Assembly: GCA_049609145.1 (NCBI GenBank)
Contig: JBMYYF010000003.1
Location: 152,256 to 216,255, forward strand
From: Alphaproteobacteria bacterium
Lineage (GTDB): Bacteria > Pseudomonadota > Alphaproteobacteria > SPJN01
Length of the DNA stretch: 64,000 nucleotides
Direction of reading: 5' to 3'
This document shows positions 9,002-19,271 of this stretch, piece by piece. Every line of letters starts with the position of its first letter. Position 1 is the first letter of the stretch. The position numbers and the translations under genes were made by a program. Below the pieces are notes generated by a model. It did no database searches. It was not told the DNA's origin and was given only the letters and a program-made list of their open reading frames with translations.

Positions 9002-10215
9002 ATAGTGTGCAGCCCAGTATCACCTTGCGTACCGTCCCGTCCATTCACGAAGTGGCCGCGGGCGTGTGGGACAGCCTTGCCAATCCCGACCCTGCAACGC
9101 GCAATCCCTTCCTCTCCCACGCTTTTTTGTCGGCCTTGGAAGATAGCGGCTCAGCGGTATCGGAAACCGGCTGGCAAGCCTTGCATCTCATTTTGGAATG
9201 CGGCAACGACATTTTGGGCGCCGCGCCGCTTTATGTCAAAAGCCACAGCCAAGGCGAATATGTGTTTGATCATTCATGGGCGCATGCGTTGGAACGTGCC
9301 GGCGGGGCCTATTATCCCAAACTACTTTGTGCGGTTCCCTTCACCCCGGCAAGCGGTCCGCGGCTGCTTGTGGGGGCTGGCCCACAGGCCGATCACCACC
9401 GCATATTGCTGGCGCGCGGCATGGAACAGATGATGGAACGCCTTGAGGTGTCTTCCCTTCACATCAATTTTTTGACCAAACGGGAATGGCAAGCGCTTGG
9501 CACGCAGAACTATCTGCAACGCACGGATCAACAGTTTCATTGGTTGAACAAGGGCTATCAGACATTCGATGATTTTCTGAGCGACCTGTCTTCACGCAAA
9601 CGCAAACAGATCAAAAAGGAACGCCGAGAAGCGCTGGCCAACGGCATAGAGGTCAAAATTCTACGTGGGAACACCCTCACCGAAACGGCGCTGGACGCCT
9701 TCTACGGCTTCTATATGGATACGGGAATGCGCAAATGGGGCTCACCTTATCTTACGCGCACCTTCTTTTCCTTGATGCGTGACCGTATGGCAGATGATGT
9801 AGCCTTGGTTATGTGCTACCGCGAAGACCGCGCCATCGCCGGGGCCCTAAATTTTGTTGGGGGCGACACGCTCTATGGGCGCAATTGGGGGGCGCTGGAA
9901 CACCATAAGTTTCTGCATTTCGAGGCGTGCTATTACCAAGCCATTGAATTTGCTATCGAAAACGGGTTGAAAAAGGTAGAGGCGGGCGCTCAAGGCGCAC
10001 ATAAGTTGGCACGTGGTTACGTGCCATGCACAACTTATTCAGCCCACCTCATTGCACATGAAGGCTTTCGCGAAGCTGTCGCAGATTTTCTGGAACATGA
10101 ACGCAAAGCCGTGCAGGAGGAACAATCTTATTTGCGCGCCCATGCACCCTTCGCCAAAGATCGCTATAGTTTTGAATCGGATGACATAACGCCAGAAGAC
10201 GCAGGGGATTTTTGA
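8998..10215 (+). CDS. GNAT-like N-acetyltransferase (COG3146/DUF482, FemAB-like)
   Basis: 405 aa family common in alphaproteobacteria; 4-nt overlap with upstream gene. Confidence 0.55.
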   Translation: MNSVQPSITLRTVPSIHEVAAGVWDSLANPDPATRNPFLSHAFLSALEDSGSAVSETGWQALHLILECGNDILGAAPLYVKSHSQGEYVFDHSWAHALERAGGAYYPKLLCAVPFTPASGPRLLVGAGPQADHHRILLARGMEQMMERLEVSSLHINFLTKREWQALGTQNYLQRTDQQFHWLNKGYQTFDDFLSDLSSRKRKQIKKERREALANGIEVKILRGNTLTETALDAFYGFYMDTGMRKWGSPYLTRTFFSLMRDRMADDVALVMCYREDRAIAGALNFVGGDTLYGRNWGALEHHKFLHFEACYYQAIEFAIENGLKKVEAGAQGAHKLARGYVPCTTYSAHLIAHEGFREAVADFLEHERKAVQEEQSYLRAHAPFAKDRYSFESDDITPEDAGDF

Positions 10216-10218
10216 CCT

Positions 10219-10647
10219 ATGACCACCGCAGAAAAACATGATGAGAAATGCCTCTTTTGCAATATCATCAAAGGCAATATTCCTTCCGTGCAGGTGCACG
10301 AGGATGACAAGACATACGCCTTCATGGATATCATGCCCCAGTCAGAGGGGCACACGCTGGTCATCCCGAAATATCATACCGAAGATTTCTTTGACCTGCC
10401 GATCGAATGGGCCCAGGCCTGTTTGGCGACAGCGCAAAAATTGGCAACTGCCGCAAAATCGGCTCTGGCCCCCGAAGGCACAATGATCATGCAGTTGAAC
10501 GGGGCTGCCGCGGGGCAAACCGTGTTTCACTATCACATCCATGTCATTCCCCGCTGGGCTGACCGTCCCCTTGCGCAACATGCACGTGAAATGACCGATG
10601 CGGCAGTGCTGGAACCCATCGCCGCAAAAATACGCGCCGTGCTTTAG
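10219..10647 (+). CDS. HIT family protein
   Basis: histidine triad HYHIHVIPR; 142 aa. Confidence 0.8.
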   Translation: MTTAEKHDEKCLFCNIIKGNIPSVQVHEDDKTYAFMDIMPQSEGHTLVIPKYHTEDFFDLPIEWAQACLATAQKLATAAKSALAPEGTMIMQLNGAAAGQTVFHYHIHVIPRWADRPLAQHAREMTDAAVLEPIAAKIRAVL

Positions 10648-10653
10648 GAAAAC

Positions 10654-12270
10654 ATGATGAAACGATTATCCACACTGCTTGGCGCCCTTTTGTTTTCAAC
10701 CACAGTGAACGCAGAACAACCCAAAGGCTGGCAGGTTGAAGCCCTGCTGCCACCGTCGCCGTTTCACGGCGTGCATGGGATCACGGTGCGGGCAGACGGC
10801 ACCTTACTGGTAGGCTCTGTTGTCGGTGATGCGATTTATAAGGTGGACCGTGAGACAGGCGCCGTCAGCACCTATCGCGGTGCGCCGGGCGGCATGGCGG
10901 ACGATCTGGAAGAAGGGCCCAAAGGCACACCCTTTGCAGGCATGTTGGGTTTTACGGGGTTTTCAACCGGCCGCTACTTTTTAGATCTGCCCGATGGTTC
11001 CACCCGCAAATTGGCAAATGGCCTGCCCGGCATGAACTCAACAGCGTGGAACGCCGAAGGCCGCCTGTTCGCGACACAAGTATTTCTGGGTGATGCGCTT
11101 TACGAACTGGATCCTGCAGGGGAAACTCCGCCACGCCTGATTATGAAAGATATGGGCGGCCTGAACGGCTTTGATTTCGGGCCAGATGGCAAACTCTATG
11201 GGCCGCTTTGGTTCAAAGGCCAAATTGCCCGTGTGGATGTGGATGCCGCAACGCTGGAAGTCGTGGCCGATGGCTTTGCCATTCCTGCTGCTGCAAACTT
11301 CAACACCAAGGGCGAACTCTATGTCGTAGATACCGTGCGGGGTGAAGTGGTACGCGTTGACGCCAAGAGTGGTGCCCGCACTGTGGTTGCAAAGGTGAAG
11401 CCCGCGATAGACAATCTGGCCTTCGCACCGGACAACACCCTCTACATCACCAATATGGCCGACAATGCGGTGATTGAGGTTGACGTTGAAACCGGCACCA
11501 GTAAAACACTTGTGTCCGGCAAGCTGGCAGTGGCAGGTGGTATCGCGATTGATGGCAATACGCTTTACGTTGCAGATGTCTTTTCCGCACGGCAAATTGA
11601 TCTTGCTAGCGGCACGGTGTCAGATATCGCCCGCGCCTACGCCACCGAGGTAGAAAACCCGATATCTGTTGATGCGCGCAATGGCACACTCATTGTCGCT
11701 AGTTGGTTTTCCAGCGTGGTCCAAAAACTTGACCCTGTATCGGGCAAAGTTATCGCCGCCGCACATGATATCGCCGCGCCTATGGATGTGGCCATTGATC
11801 CAACAGGCGCGGTTTTCGTGTCGGAGGCCGGCACCGGTAATATTCTGCGCCTGTCCAGCAACCTCAAAACACGGCAAGTTATCGCCAGCGGCCTGCAACT
11901 CCCCACAGGCTTGGCAATCGGGCCAGATGGTGCACTTTATGTTGGCGAATATGGCACGGGTAAGGTTTTGCGCCTCGACCCAACCGGCGGGGCGCATTCT
12001 GAATTCGCCACTGGCCTCAACGGGGCAGAGGGCTTCACGTTCGGGCCAGACGGGCGCCTATATGTAGCCGATGTGCCTAAACAAAGGATCATCGCCATTG
12101 GTCAAGATCGCAGTCGTGAGGTTATTGCGAGCGGGCTACCAATTGGCTTGCCCGCTGCCGAAGGTGGCCTGCCGCAAAACATCCCCACAGGCTTGGCATT
12201 CGGACCGGACGGTTCACTTTATGTTTCAGCTGATGAGGACGCCACCATATATAAAATCACCCAAAGATAG
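10654..12270 (+). CDS. secreted beta-propeller repeat protein (NHL/SMP-30-like repeats)
   Basis: signal peptide MMKRLSTLLGALLFSTTVNA; repeated GPDG.LYV.D / LYVADV blades across 538 aa. Confidence 0.6.
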   Translation: MMKRLSTLLGALLFSTTVNAEQPKGWQVEALLPPSPFHGVHGITVRADGTLLVGSVVGDAIYKVDRETGAVSTYRGAPGGMADDLEEGPKGTPFAGMLGFTGFSTGRYFLDLPDGSTRKLANGLPGMNSTAWNAEGRLFATQVFLGDALYELDPAGETPPRLIMKDMGGLNGFDFGPDGKLYGPLWFKGQIARVDVDAATLEVVADGFAIPAAANFNTKGELYVVDTVRGEVVRVDAKSGARTVVAKVKPAIDNLAFAPDNTLYITNMADNAVIEVDVETGTSKTLVSGKLAVAGGIAIDGNTLYVADVFSARQIDLASGTVSDIARAYATEVENPISVDARNGTLIVASWFSSVVQKLDPVSGKVIAAAHDIAAPMDVAIDPTGAVFVSEAGTGNILRLSSNLKTRQVIASGLQLPTGLAIGPDGALYVGEYGTGKVLRLDPTGGAHSEFATGLNGAEGFTFGPDGRLYVADVPKQRIIAIGQDRSREVIASGLPIGLPAAEGGLPQNIPTGLAFGPDGSLYVSADEDATIYKITQR

Positions 12271-12354
12271 GTGCATTCCATCATGGCCGGCAGCCCTTGA
12301 CCCGAAGGCCCGCTGCGCCCATCTTTAAGGCAACGCTATTCATAGGAAAATGGA

Positions 12355-12762
12355 ATGACCATCATGGATTTCTCCGCACTGGTGCTGCACGAAAAACCAA
12401 ACCAATATCTGGTTTGCAATGCCGATATTTGCCCAAAGGCAGAAGCCCATCGCGAAGCACCGGTTTTTGATATGCCCGCCGCCGCCTTGCGCGCGGCTTG
12501 GGCCAAAGTCGTTGGCAACCAGCCACGCACCACCTTGCTGGAAAGCGATGATACGCAACTGGCGGATGAATATGTGCAGCGCAGCGCCTTGTTCCGTTAC
12601 CCGGACTTTGTTTCTGTACGCTTTGTTGATCTGGAACAGGGTGGCTCTACCGTTGCCATTTATTCCCGCTCAAAATATGGCTATTCTGATTTGGGTGTGA
12701 ACCAAAAACGTATTGATAGCTGGCTCGATCAATTGGCAAAAGAAGTCGAGGGTGACGCGTAA
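12355..12762 (+). CDS. DUF1499 domain-containing protein
   Basis: 135 aa conserved family; immediately upstream of clpS. Confidence 0.5.
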   Translation: MTIMDFSALVLHEKPNQYLVCNADICPKAEAHREAPVFDMPAAALRAAWAKVVGNQPRTTLLESDDTQLADEYVQRSALFRYPDFVSVRFVDLEQGGSTVAIYSRSKYGYSDLGVNQKRIDSWLDQLAKEVEGDA

Positions 12763-13110
12763 ATGTTGTGGCCCATTCTGGCATCGGATGACGATAATCA
12801 AAAAGGCGATGACGACGGCAAAAGCGGCACCGCCCTTTTAGAGCGCACAGAAACCAAAAAGCCCAATCTATACAAGGTGCTGTTGTTGAACGATGATTAC
12901 ACGCCGATGGAATTTGTCGTGCATGTGTTGCAACGCTATTTTGGCATGGATATGGATCAGGCAACCCAGGTAATGCTGGCTGTTCACCAGCACGGCATTG
13001 GGGTTTGTGGTGTATTCACCTATGAGATCGCAGAAACCAAAGTCGCGCAAGTTATGGACTTTGCCATCAAAAATCAGCATCCGCTTCAATGCACCCTTGA
13101 AAAAGAGTAA
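12763..13110 (+). CDS. clpS: ATP-dependent Clp protease adaptor ClpS
   Basis: [20 protein letters not shown]...[13 protein letters not shown] core; ATG immediately after upstream TAA. Confidence 0.85.
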   Translation: MLWPILASDDDNQKGDDDGKSGTALLERTETKKPNLYKVLLLNDDYTPMEFVVHVLQRYFGMDMDQATQVMLAVHQHGIGVCGVFTYEIAETKVAQVMDFAIKNQHPLQCTLEKE

Positions 13111-13165
13111 CTTGAAAACGGATCCATAAACCGCCCAAGGATAAAGCCCCAAGAAAGGAAAGTTC

Positions 13166-15529
13166 TTGCCCGCATTCTCTAAAGTTCTTGAAGAAACACT
13201 ACGTCGCTCACTCGGTTTAGCCCGCGAGCACGCCCACGAGTTTGCAACATTGGAACACTTGCTGGCCGGATTGATAGACGATGAAGACGCCGCACATGTT
13301 CTGCGTGCCTGTGGGGCAAATCTTCCCGCGCTGCAAGAAGCGCTGTTGGGCTTTATCGAAAATGATCTTTCATATCTCATTCAACCGGGCAGCCACCAAG
13401 ACCCTGAACCCACTGCCGGGTTTCAGCGCGTTATCCACCGGGCGGTGATCAGCATTGATCAAAGCAATCGCGAAGAAGTTACCGGCGCAAATGTTTTGGT
13501 TGCCCTGTTCGCAGAACGCGAAAGCCATGCCGTTTACTTTTTAAACGAACAGGAAATCACCCGGCTGGATGCGGTGCGTTTTGTATCGCATGGCATTGCC
13601 AAGGTGCCCGGCCAATCCGAACCGCGGCCCGTGCGCGGTGCCAGTGGCATCGAACCGCCTTTGGGCGAAGATGGTGCCGAAAGCGCGGCGGAAGAAGAAA
13701 CCGCTTTGGGGGCCTATGCGGTGCATCTCAATGCCAAGGCCGAAGACGGCAAGATCGATCCCCTCATCGGTCGCGATGCAGAGGTGGAACGCACGATCCA
13801 GATTTTGTGCCGGCGCCGCAAAAACAACCCCCTACTGGTGGGCGACCCCGGCGTCGGCAAAACGGCCATCGCGGAGGGCTTGGCCCATCGCATTGTTTCT
13901 GGCGATGTGCCCGATGTGCTGGCAGACGCGCAGATTTATGCACTGGACATGGGGTCCCTTTTGGCAGGCACCCGCTATCGCGGCGACTTCGAGGAACGCT
14001 TGAAGGCCGTGGTCAATGAGATTGAAGGCATAGAAGATGCGGTGCTGTTCATCGATGAAATCCACACCGTTATTGGGGCCGGCGCCACATCCGGCGGGGC
14101 GATGGATGCATCCAACCTGCTGAAACCTGCCTTGCAAGCTGGTACTTTGCGCTGCATGGGATCGACCACCTATAAAGAATATCGCAGCTTCATCGAAAAG
14201 GATCGCGCCTTGCTGCGCCGTTTCCAGAAGATTGATGTCGTGGAACCCACCGTGACCGACGCCATCGATATTCTTAAAGGCTTGAAACCCTATTTCGAGG
14301 AATTTCACGGCGTGCGCTACACAGCAGACGCCATCAAAACCGCGGTTGAACTCTCCGCCCGCTATATCAATGATCGCAAATTGCCCGACAAGGCGATTGA
14401 TGTGATAGATGAAGTAGGCGCGGCAGAACGCATGAAGCCAGAAAACAAGCGCCGCAAAACCATTGGCGTCAAAGATGTAGAAGCCGTGGTCGCCAAGATC
14501 GCTCGCATCCCTCCCAAAAGCGTGTCCAAAGATGATCGCAGCCTGCTGGCAGATCTGGAAAGAAATCTGAAACGGGTCGTCTTCGGACAGGATGAAGCGA
14601 TTGAAGCCTTGGCCGCCTCTATCAAGCTTGCGCGCGCAGGTTTGCGTGAAGGCGAAAAGCCTGTTGGCTCTTATCTCTTCACCGGCCCCACCGGCGTCGG
14701 CAAAACAGAGGTTGCCCGCCAACTTGCCTCCATTCTTGGTGTCGAACTCAAACGCTTTGACATGTCGGAATATATGGAACGCCATGCCGTGTCTCGGCTG
14801 ATCGGCGCACCGCCGGGCTATGTGGGCTTCGATCAAGGTGGTTTGCTGACAGATGGGGTCGATCAAAACCCGCACTGCGTTTTGCTGCTGGATGAGATCG
14901 AAAAAGCGCATCCCGATGTGTTCAACATTTTGTTGCAAGTAATGGATCACGGCAAGCTGACGGACCATCAGGGCAAAACTGTCGATTTCCGTAACGTCAT
15001 TTTGATCATGACCTCCAATGCCGGGGCGGCAGACCTTGCCAAGGCGGCAATCGGTTTTGGCCGCACCGTGCGCGAAGGTGACGATCAAGAAGCGATTGAT
15101 CGCACATTCTCGCCAGAGTTCCGCAACCGGTTGGATTCCATCATCGGCTTCAACGCCCTGCCCGAACAGGTTGTTGCCCGCGTGGTAGAAAAATTTGTGC
15201 TGGAACTTGAAGGTCAACTTTCAGACCGCAATGTCATTTTTGAACTCACCCTAGAAGCCAATCGGTGGATCGCCAAAAAAGGCTTTGATCCGCAAATGGG
15301 CGCGCGTCCCCTTGCCCGGGTGATACAAGATCACATCAAGAAACCACTGGCAGATGAAATCTTGTTCGGCAAGCTCACCAAAGGCGGCATTGTGCGTGTC
15401 TATGTTGAAGATAAAAAACTTGCCTTCGAGGTGATAGACGAAGCGCCAAAACGTATAGCCCGTGATCCCGCACCCAAAAGCCTGCCGCGCAGCAAGAATG
15501 ACGACACACCGGCACCCGCAGAAAAATAG
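13166..15529 (+). CDS. clpA: ATP-dependent Clp protease ATP-binding subunit ClpA
   Basis: two AAA+ modules ([16 protein letters not shown] Walker A), Clp N-domain; TTG start preceded by AAGGAAAG RBS. Confidence 0.9.
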   Translation: MPAFSKVLEETLRRSLGLAREHAHEFATLEHLLAGLIDDEDAAHVLRACGANLPALQEALLGFIENDLSYLIQPGSHQDPEPTAGFQRVIHRAVISIDQSNREEVTGANVLVALFAERESHAVYFLNEQEITRLDAVRFVSHGIAKVPGQSEPRPVRGASGIEPPLGEDGAESAAEEETALGAYAVHLNAKAEDGKIDPLIGRDAEVERTIQILCRRRKNNPLLVGDPGVGKTAIAEGLAHRIVSGDVPDVLADAQIYALDMGSLLAGTRYRGDFEERLKAVVNEIEGIEDAVLFIDEIHTVIGAGATSGGAMDASNLLKPALQAGTLRCMGSTTYKEYRSFIEKDRALLRRFQKIDVVEPTVTDAIDILKGLKPYFEEFHGVRYTADAIKTAVELSARYINDRKLPDKAIDVIDEVGAAERMKPENKRRKTIGVKDVEAVVAKIARIPPKSVSKDDRSLLADLERNLKRVVFGQDEAIEALAASIKLARAGLREGEKPVGSYLFTGPTGVGKTEVARQLASILGVELKRFDMSEYMERHAVSRLIGAPPGYVGFDQGGLLTDGVDQNPHCVLLLDEIEKAHPDVFNILLQVMDHGKLTDHQGKTVDFRNVILIMTSNAGAADLAKAAIGFGRTVREGDDQEAIDRTFSPEFRNRLDSIIGFNALPEQVVARVVEKFVLELEGQLSDRNVIFELTLEANRWIAKKGFDPQMGARPLARVIQDHIKKPLADEILFGKLTKGGIVRVYVEDKKLAFEVIDEAPKRIARDPAPKSLPRSKNDDTPAPAEK

Positions 15530-15552
15530 GGCTGAAAAATAGGTAAGCAGCT

Positions 15553-15642
15553 TGGCGGAGGGGGGGGGATTCGAACCCCCGAAAGGCTTTCACCTTTGCT
15601 GGTTTTCAAGACCAGTGCATTCAACCACTCTGCCACCCCTCC
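15553..15642 (-). tRNA. tRNA-Ser (anticodon TGA)
   Basis: minus strand reads GGAGGGGTGGCAGAGTGGTTGAATGC...anticodon loop CTTGAAA...long variable arm...GGGGGTTCGAATCCCCC-CCCCTCC-G-CCA; 90 nt, type II. Confidence 0.85.
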
Positions 15643-15794
15643 AAGGGCCACAAGCAATTCTAACATGAATCGCTGCAAAGCTGGGCGGAGCATAATAAAA
15701 GCGGCGAAAAGCGCAAGCCCGTCACACCGCCGCATCTGGATTTCTTTGACATCGGGGCTGCACGCCCTACCATCGCCCTAAAGTGAGGACGAAA

Positions 15795-16529
15795 ATGCTG
15801 GAAAATCAAACCGCTTTGGTCACAGGCGCCGGCAGGGGGCTGGGCTTTTCTATTGCCCGAGCCTTCGCCAAGGCGGGCGCGAAAGTGCTTTTAAACGGGC
15901 GCAACGCAGATGCTCTCTCCAAAGCGGCGGCGAAGATAGGGGCCAACGCCCAGCCCCTGCCCTTTGATGTAACCGATGAGGCCGCTGTTACCGCTGCATT
16001 TCGCACAATCAGCAGCACTGACAGTCCATTGACCATTTTGGTCAACAATGTCGGGCAGCGTGATCGGCGTGTCTCAACCGATTTCACCCTCGCAGAAGCC
16101 CGCAACCTGACAGAAGCAAACCTGATCGCCCCTTTTCATTTGGCGCAGCAGGCAGCGCGCGTCATGCAGCCGGGCAGCGCCATCCTCAACATTACGTCAA
16201 TTGCAGGCCCGCTCGCCTCGGGGCAAGATGCAGTTTACACTATGGCAAAAGGTGGGCTGGATGCCCTTACCCGTACCTTGGCGGCAGAACTTGGCCCCAA
16301 AGGCATACGGGTAAACGCGATTGCGCCCGGCTATTTCGCCACCGAAGCCAATCAGCAGATGACGGAAAATCCCGCGATTGCCGATTGGCTCAAGCAACGC
16401 ACATCTCTTGGGCGTTGGGGCAAGCCGGATGAAATTGCGGGGGCCGCAGTGTTTCTCTGCTCCCCCGCTGCCAGTTACATCACAGGTCAAACACTCGCCG
16501 TGGATGGCGGGTATATGACTCATTTTTGA
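15795..16529 (+). CDS. SDR family oxidoreductase
   Basis: TGAGRGLG Rossmann motif, YxxxK (YTMAKGG); ORF-track GTG 15783 lies within the GAGGA RBS, so ATG 15795 is preferred. Confidence 0.75.
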   Translation: MLENQTALVTGAGRGLGFSIARAFAKAGAKVLLNGRNADALSKAAAKIGANAQPLPFDVTDEAAVTAAFRTISSTDSPLTILVNNVGQRDRRVSTDFTLAEARNLTEANLIAPFHLAQQAARVMQPGSAILNITSIAGPLASGQDAVYTMAKGGLDALTRTLAAELGPKGIRVNAIAPGYFATEANQQMTENPAIADWLKQRTSLGRWGKPDEIAGAAVFLCSPAASYITGQTLAVDGGYMTHF

Positions 16530-16541
16530 ACATAAGCTGTC

Positions 16542-19067
16542 CTAGAAGACGAAACGGCCCTGCAATTCAAAGCTACGGCCCGGCTCCAATATGCCGAAAA
16601 AGCCTTCTTGCTGCGCCGGAGTATCATTTTGAATAATCGTGCGCCGCAGATCGGTTAGATTATCGCCAAACAGCATCACCGCCCAACGACCATCCTCCGC
16701 CCGCACGCCAATACGCGCCCGCAACATCCAGCTTGCCTCGCGCATTGTGCGCTCATCCAGATCTACATTGTTGAAGTTATCGCTTTCATACAACGCATCG
16801 ATACCCGCATGAAGATTAAAGCCCCAATTGAACAACTCACGATCCCATGTGGCCGAAAGTGTGTGCACCCATTCCGGTGCCAGCGGCAAGGTTTCACCGC
16901 TTATGTCACAGGGCAAGAAACCTTGATAATCAACCTGACAAGGCCCGCCTTCAAAAGTGTCATACTGGGATTTGGTGTAAGAGCCATTTGCCGCCAGTAA
17001 CAACCCTTCCATTGGCACCAGCATGGTTTCCCACTCTGCCCCATACACCGTGGCGTCCGCCGCATTATCAACCACAAATTCAACGCCGTTAAAGGCCGCG
17101 ATCTGAAGCCCCTGGAATTGCGTATAGAACAATGAGATGTTGATGCGCGCAGCACCTTCCAACCATTCTGACTTCAGGCCCACCTCATAGGTGTCGGATT
17201 TTTCTTCTTCAAACTCAATGCTATCAGGGCGGTTGGGTTGAGCGTTAAACCCGCCGGACTTAAAGCCTCGGCCATAGGTAAAGTAAACCATCATGTCATC
17301 ATCGGGCTTATAGAGCGCTGAAAACTTCGGTGAAATATCAAACTCTGTCCGCTCGCGGCTATCTTCAAAGGGCTGAATACCTGGCGTGAAAATCTGCAAA
17401 ATGTGGGCACCACCAATTGGCCCCTGCCCGATCGAATAGCCCGGATTGCCATTTGCCAAATCAGGTCCGTTCGGGTCTTCGATAATAATATTGCCGGATT
17501 GACCGGTTTGGTTGTTGATCAAATCATGCCGGATATAGAGTTCTTTTTCTTCGTATGACACGCGGCCACCGAAGGTAAAGGTGATCTCCTCATTGATATT
17601 CCAGTTTACTTGACCGAAGGCAGCAAAGCTTTGTGCCTGCTGATCAAACACCCGTGATGAAATCTCATAAGGGTCGGTGATAACAGCCTGCTTTGCCAAA
17701 ATAGATTGGGCTGCCAGTTGCCCTTGCAAGGCGGCATACTCGCTATCCAACACAAAATCCCGACATTGCAGGAATTGTTCACGTGGCAATTGCGGATCAC
17801 ACGCGCCCAGTTCAATGGCACCGGTCAACATCACCGCGTCCACCACATCAATATATGTCGGATAATCGTAAGTGGCGTAAATATCCGTCATGTACAAAAA
17901 TGCACCGGCCACATATTCCCATGTACCGGGGCCAGAGGTAATGCGGAATTCTTGGCTGAACTGCCGATAATCTTCGTTGTTATCCAAGGTTAGGGCGCGC
18001 ACTGGCGCATAGTCGGGATCAACAAACAAATCTTCATCAAACCACGCGATATTGGTAATGGAGGTGATCAAATCATCGCCCCAATCATATTCAACTGTCA
18101 GCGTCGTATCCCAATAAGCGCGATCCACATAGTCGCGAAAATCTTTCGAGGTCAGGCCATCTTCCGCATCTGCGCTGAACTGCGGGTCAATCACCTTGAA
18201 CGCAGCATCAAAGCGGCGCTTGGTGTGCGTTGCCTGTGAGCCGGACCCGTCTTGCGAAAGCGTGCCGCCGTTCAAAGATGCCATAAACCGCAAATTGGCA
18301 CTGGGTTCCCAACCAAATTTCAGGCGCGCTACCAAATTATCAATCTGGTTTTCGTCCACGCCCAACAACGTATTTTGAATATCGCCATCGCGCGTTTCTT
18401 TCAGGAAGGCAAACCGAAATGATGTATCGTCGTTGAACAACGGGCCGCCAATTGCGCCACGATAGCGTTGAAAATTATCGGTCCCGAAAGTGGCATCCCC
18501 ATCGGCTGACCATTCCGCCTCGGGTCGGGCGGTGCGAATATGCAACGCCCCTGCCACTGCATTCTTACCGAACAGCGTGCCTTGCGGTCCCCGCAACACC
18601 TCGATTGAAGCCAGATCTAACTGACCATTGGAGAGGTAAGAAGGACGACCGTAGAACACTTCATCAATCACAATCGCGACCGATTGCTCAAAGCCGCGGT
18701 TCCAGCCAGAACCAATGCCGCGCATATAGATGAAGTTAAAGGTCGGCGTATTGATGATGTTCATATTAGGCGTGTATTCGCCCACCGCCGCCAAATCGCC
18801 AATGTTCTTTTCTTTTAGCGTTTCGCCGCCAATAGCGGTCACTGAAAGCGGCACGTCTTGCACATCTTCTGCCCGCTTTTGGGCGGTCACGATAATTTCA
18901 TCGAGCTTCGGGGCAGAACGTTTTTCCTCTGCCTGCGGTGCGGGATCCGCCGCCTGCTCACCCTCTTCCGGCAAAGCGTCCAACGCTTCATCCTGCGCGA
19001 ACGCTGGTACGATAAATCCAATAGAAAAAGTCAACGCAAACAGCGCCGCAAAGTGACGAGCCAACAT
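16542..19067 (-). CDS. TonB-dependent receptor
   Basis: 841 aa; signal peptide; plug and 22-strand barrel signatures; C-terminal ...LQGRFVF. Confidence 0.85.
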   Translation of the reverse strand: MLARHFAALFALTFSIGFIVPAFAQDEALDALPEEGEQAADPAPQAEEKRSAPKLDEIIVTAQKRAEDVQDVPLSVTAIGGETLKEKNIGDLAAVGEYTPNMNIINTPTFNFIYMRGIGSGWNRGFEQSVAIVIDEVFYGRPSYLSNGQLDLASIEVLRGPQGTLFGKNAVAGALHIRTARPEAEWSADGDATFGTDNFQRYRGAIGGPLFNDDTSFRFAFLKETRDGDIQNTLLGVDENQIDNLVARLKFGWEPSANLRFMASLNGGTLSQDGSGSQATHTKRRFDAAFKVIDPQFSADAEDGLTSKDFRDYVDRAYWDTTLTVEYDWGDDLITSITNIAWFDEDLFVDPDYAPVRALTLDNNEDYRQFSQEFRITSGPGTWEYVAGAFLYMTDIYATYDYPTYIDVVDAVMLTGAIELGACDPQLPREQFLQCRDFVLDSEYAALQGQLAAQSILAKQAVITDPYEISSRVFDQQAQSFAAFGQVNWNINEEITFTFGGRVSYEEKELYIRHDLINNQTGQSGNIIIEDPNGPDLANGNPGYSIGQGPIGGAHILQIFTPGIQPFEDSRERTEFDISPKFSALYKPDDDMMVYFTYGRGFKSGGFNAQPNRPDSIEFEEEKSDTYEVGLKSEWLEGAARINISLFYTQFQGLQIAAFNGVEFVVDNAADATVYGAEWETMLVPMEGLLLAANGSYTKSQYDTFEGGPCQVDYQGFLPCDISGETLPLAPEWVHTLSATWDRELFNWGFNLHAGIDALYESDNFNNVDLDERTMREASWMLRARIGVRAEDGRWAVMLFGDNLTDLRRTIIQNDTPAQQEGFFGILEPGRSFELQGRFVF

Positions 19068-19208
19068 GCCGTCTCCCCCAAAAATGCGACCCTGTACAGA
19101 TAGGGTCGGTCCCCAAATTAGAGCTGCGCCTTTTCAGCTTGCAGCGATTTTTAGACAACACCACCTGCCACGGGCGTGTTGTCGGTACCGACCATGCCTG
19201 TTCTTGCC

Positions 19209-19249
19209 ATAAAGAAAACGCCTGCGCAATCCATGATTGCACAGGCGTT
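19209..19249 (-). terminator. rho-independent terminator downstream of the DUF1446 gene
   Basis: 15-bp stem (one mismatch) AACGCCTGCGCAATC/GATTGCACAGGCGTT with CATG loop; on the minus strand followed by TTTTCTTT. Confidence 0.5.
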
Positions 19250-19271
19250 AAACAACAATTGTGTAAGTAGA

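Noticed and set aside
13832-15217. 461-aa ORF on the minus strand
   Set aside because: It lies entirely antisense to clpA, whose AAA+ motifs are unambiguous. It is a typical long antisense ORF in high-GC DNA, with no RBS and low-complexity composition.
15559-15567. Run of nine G residues
   Set aside because: It is part of the T-stem and acceptor stem of the tRNA-Ser gene on the minus strand.
19068-19216. Possible cobalamin or TPP riboswitch in the TonB-dependent receptor leader
   Set aside because: No B12-box or TPP (CUGAGA) consensus elements are visible. Retained only as unexplained palindromes.
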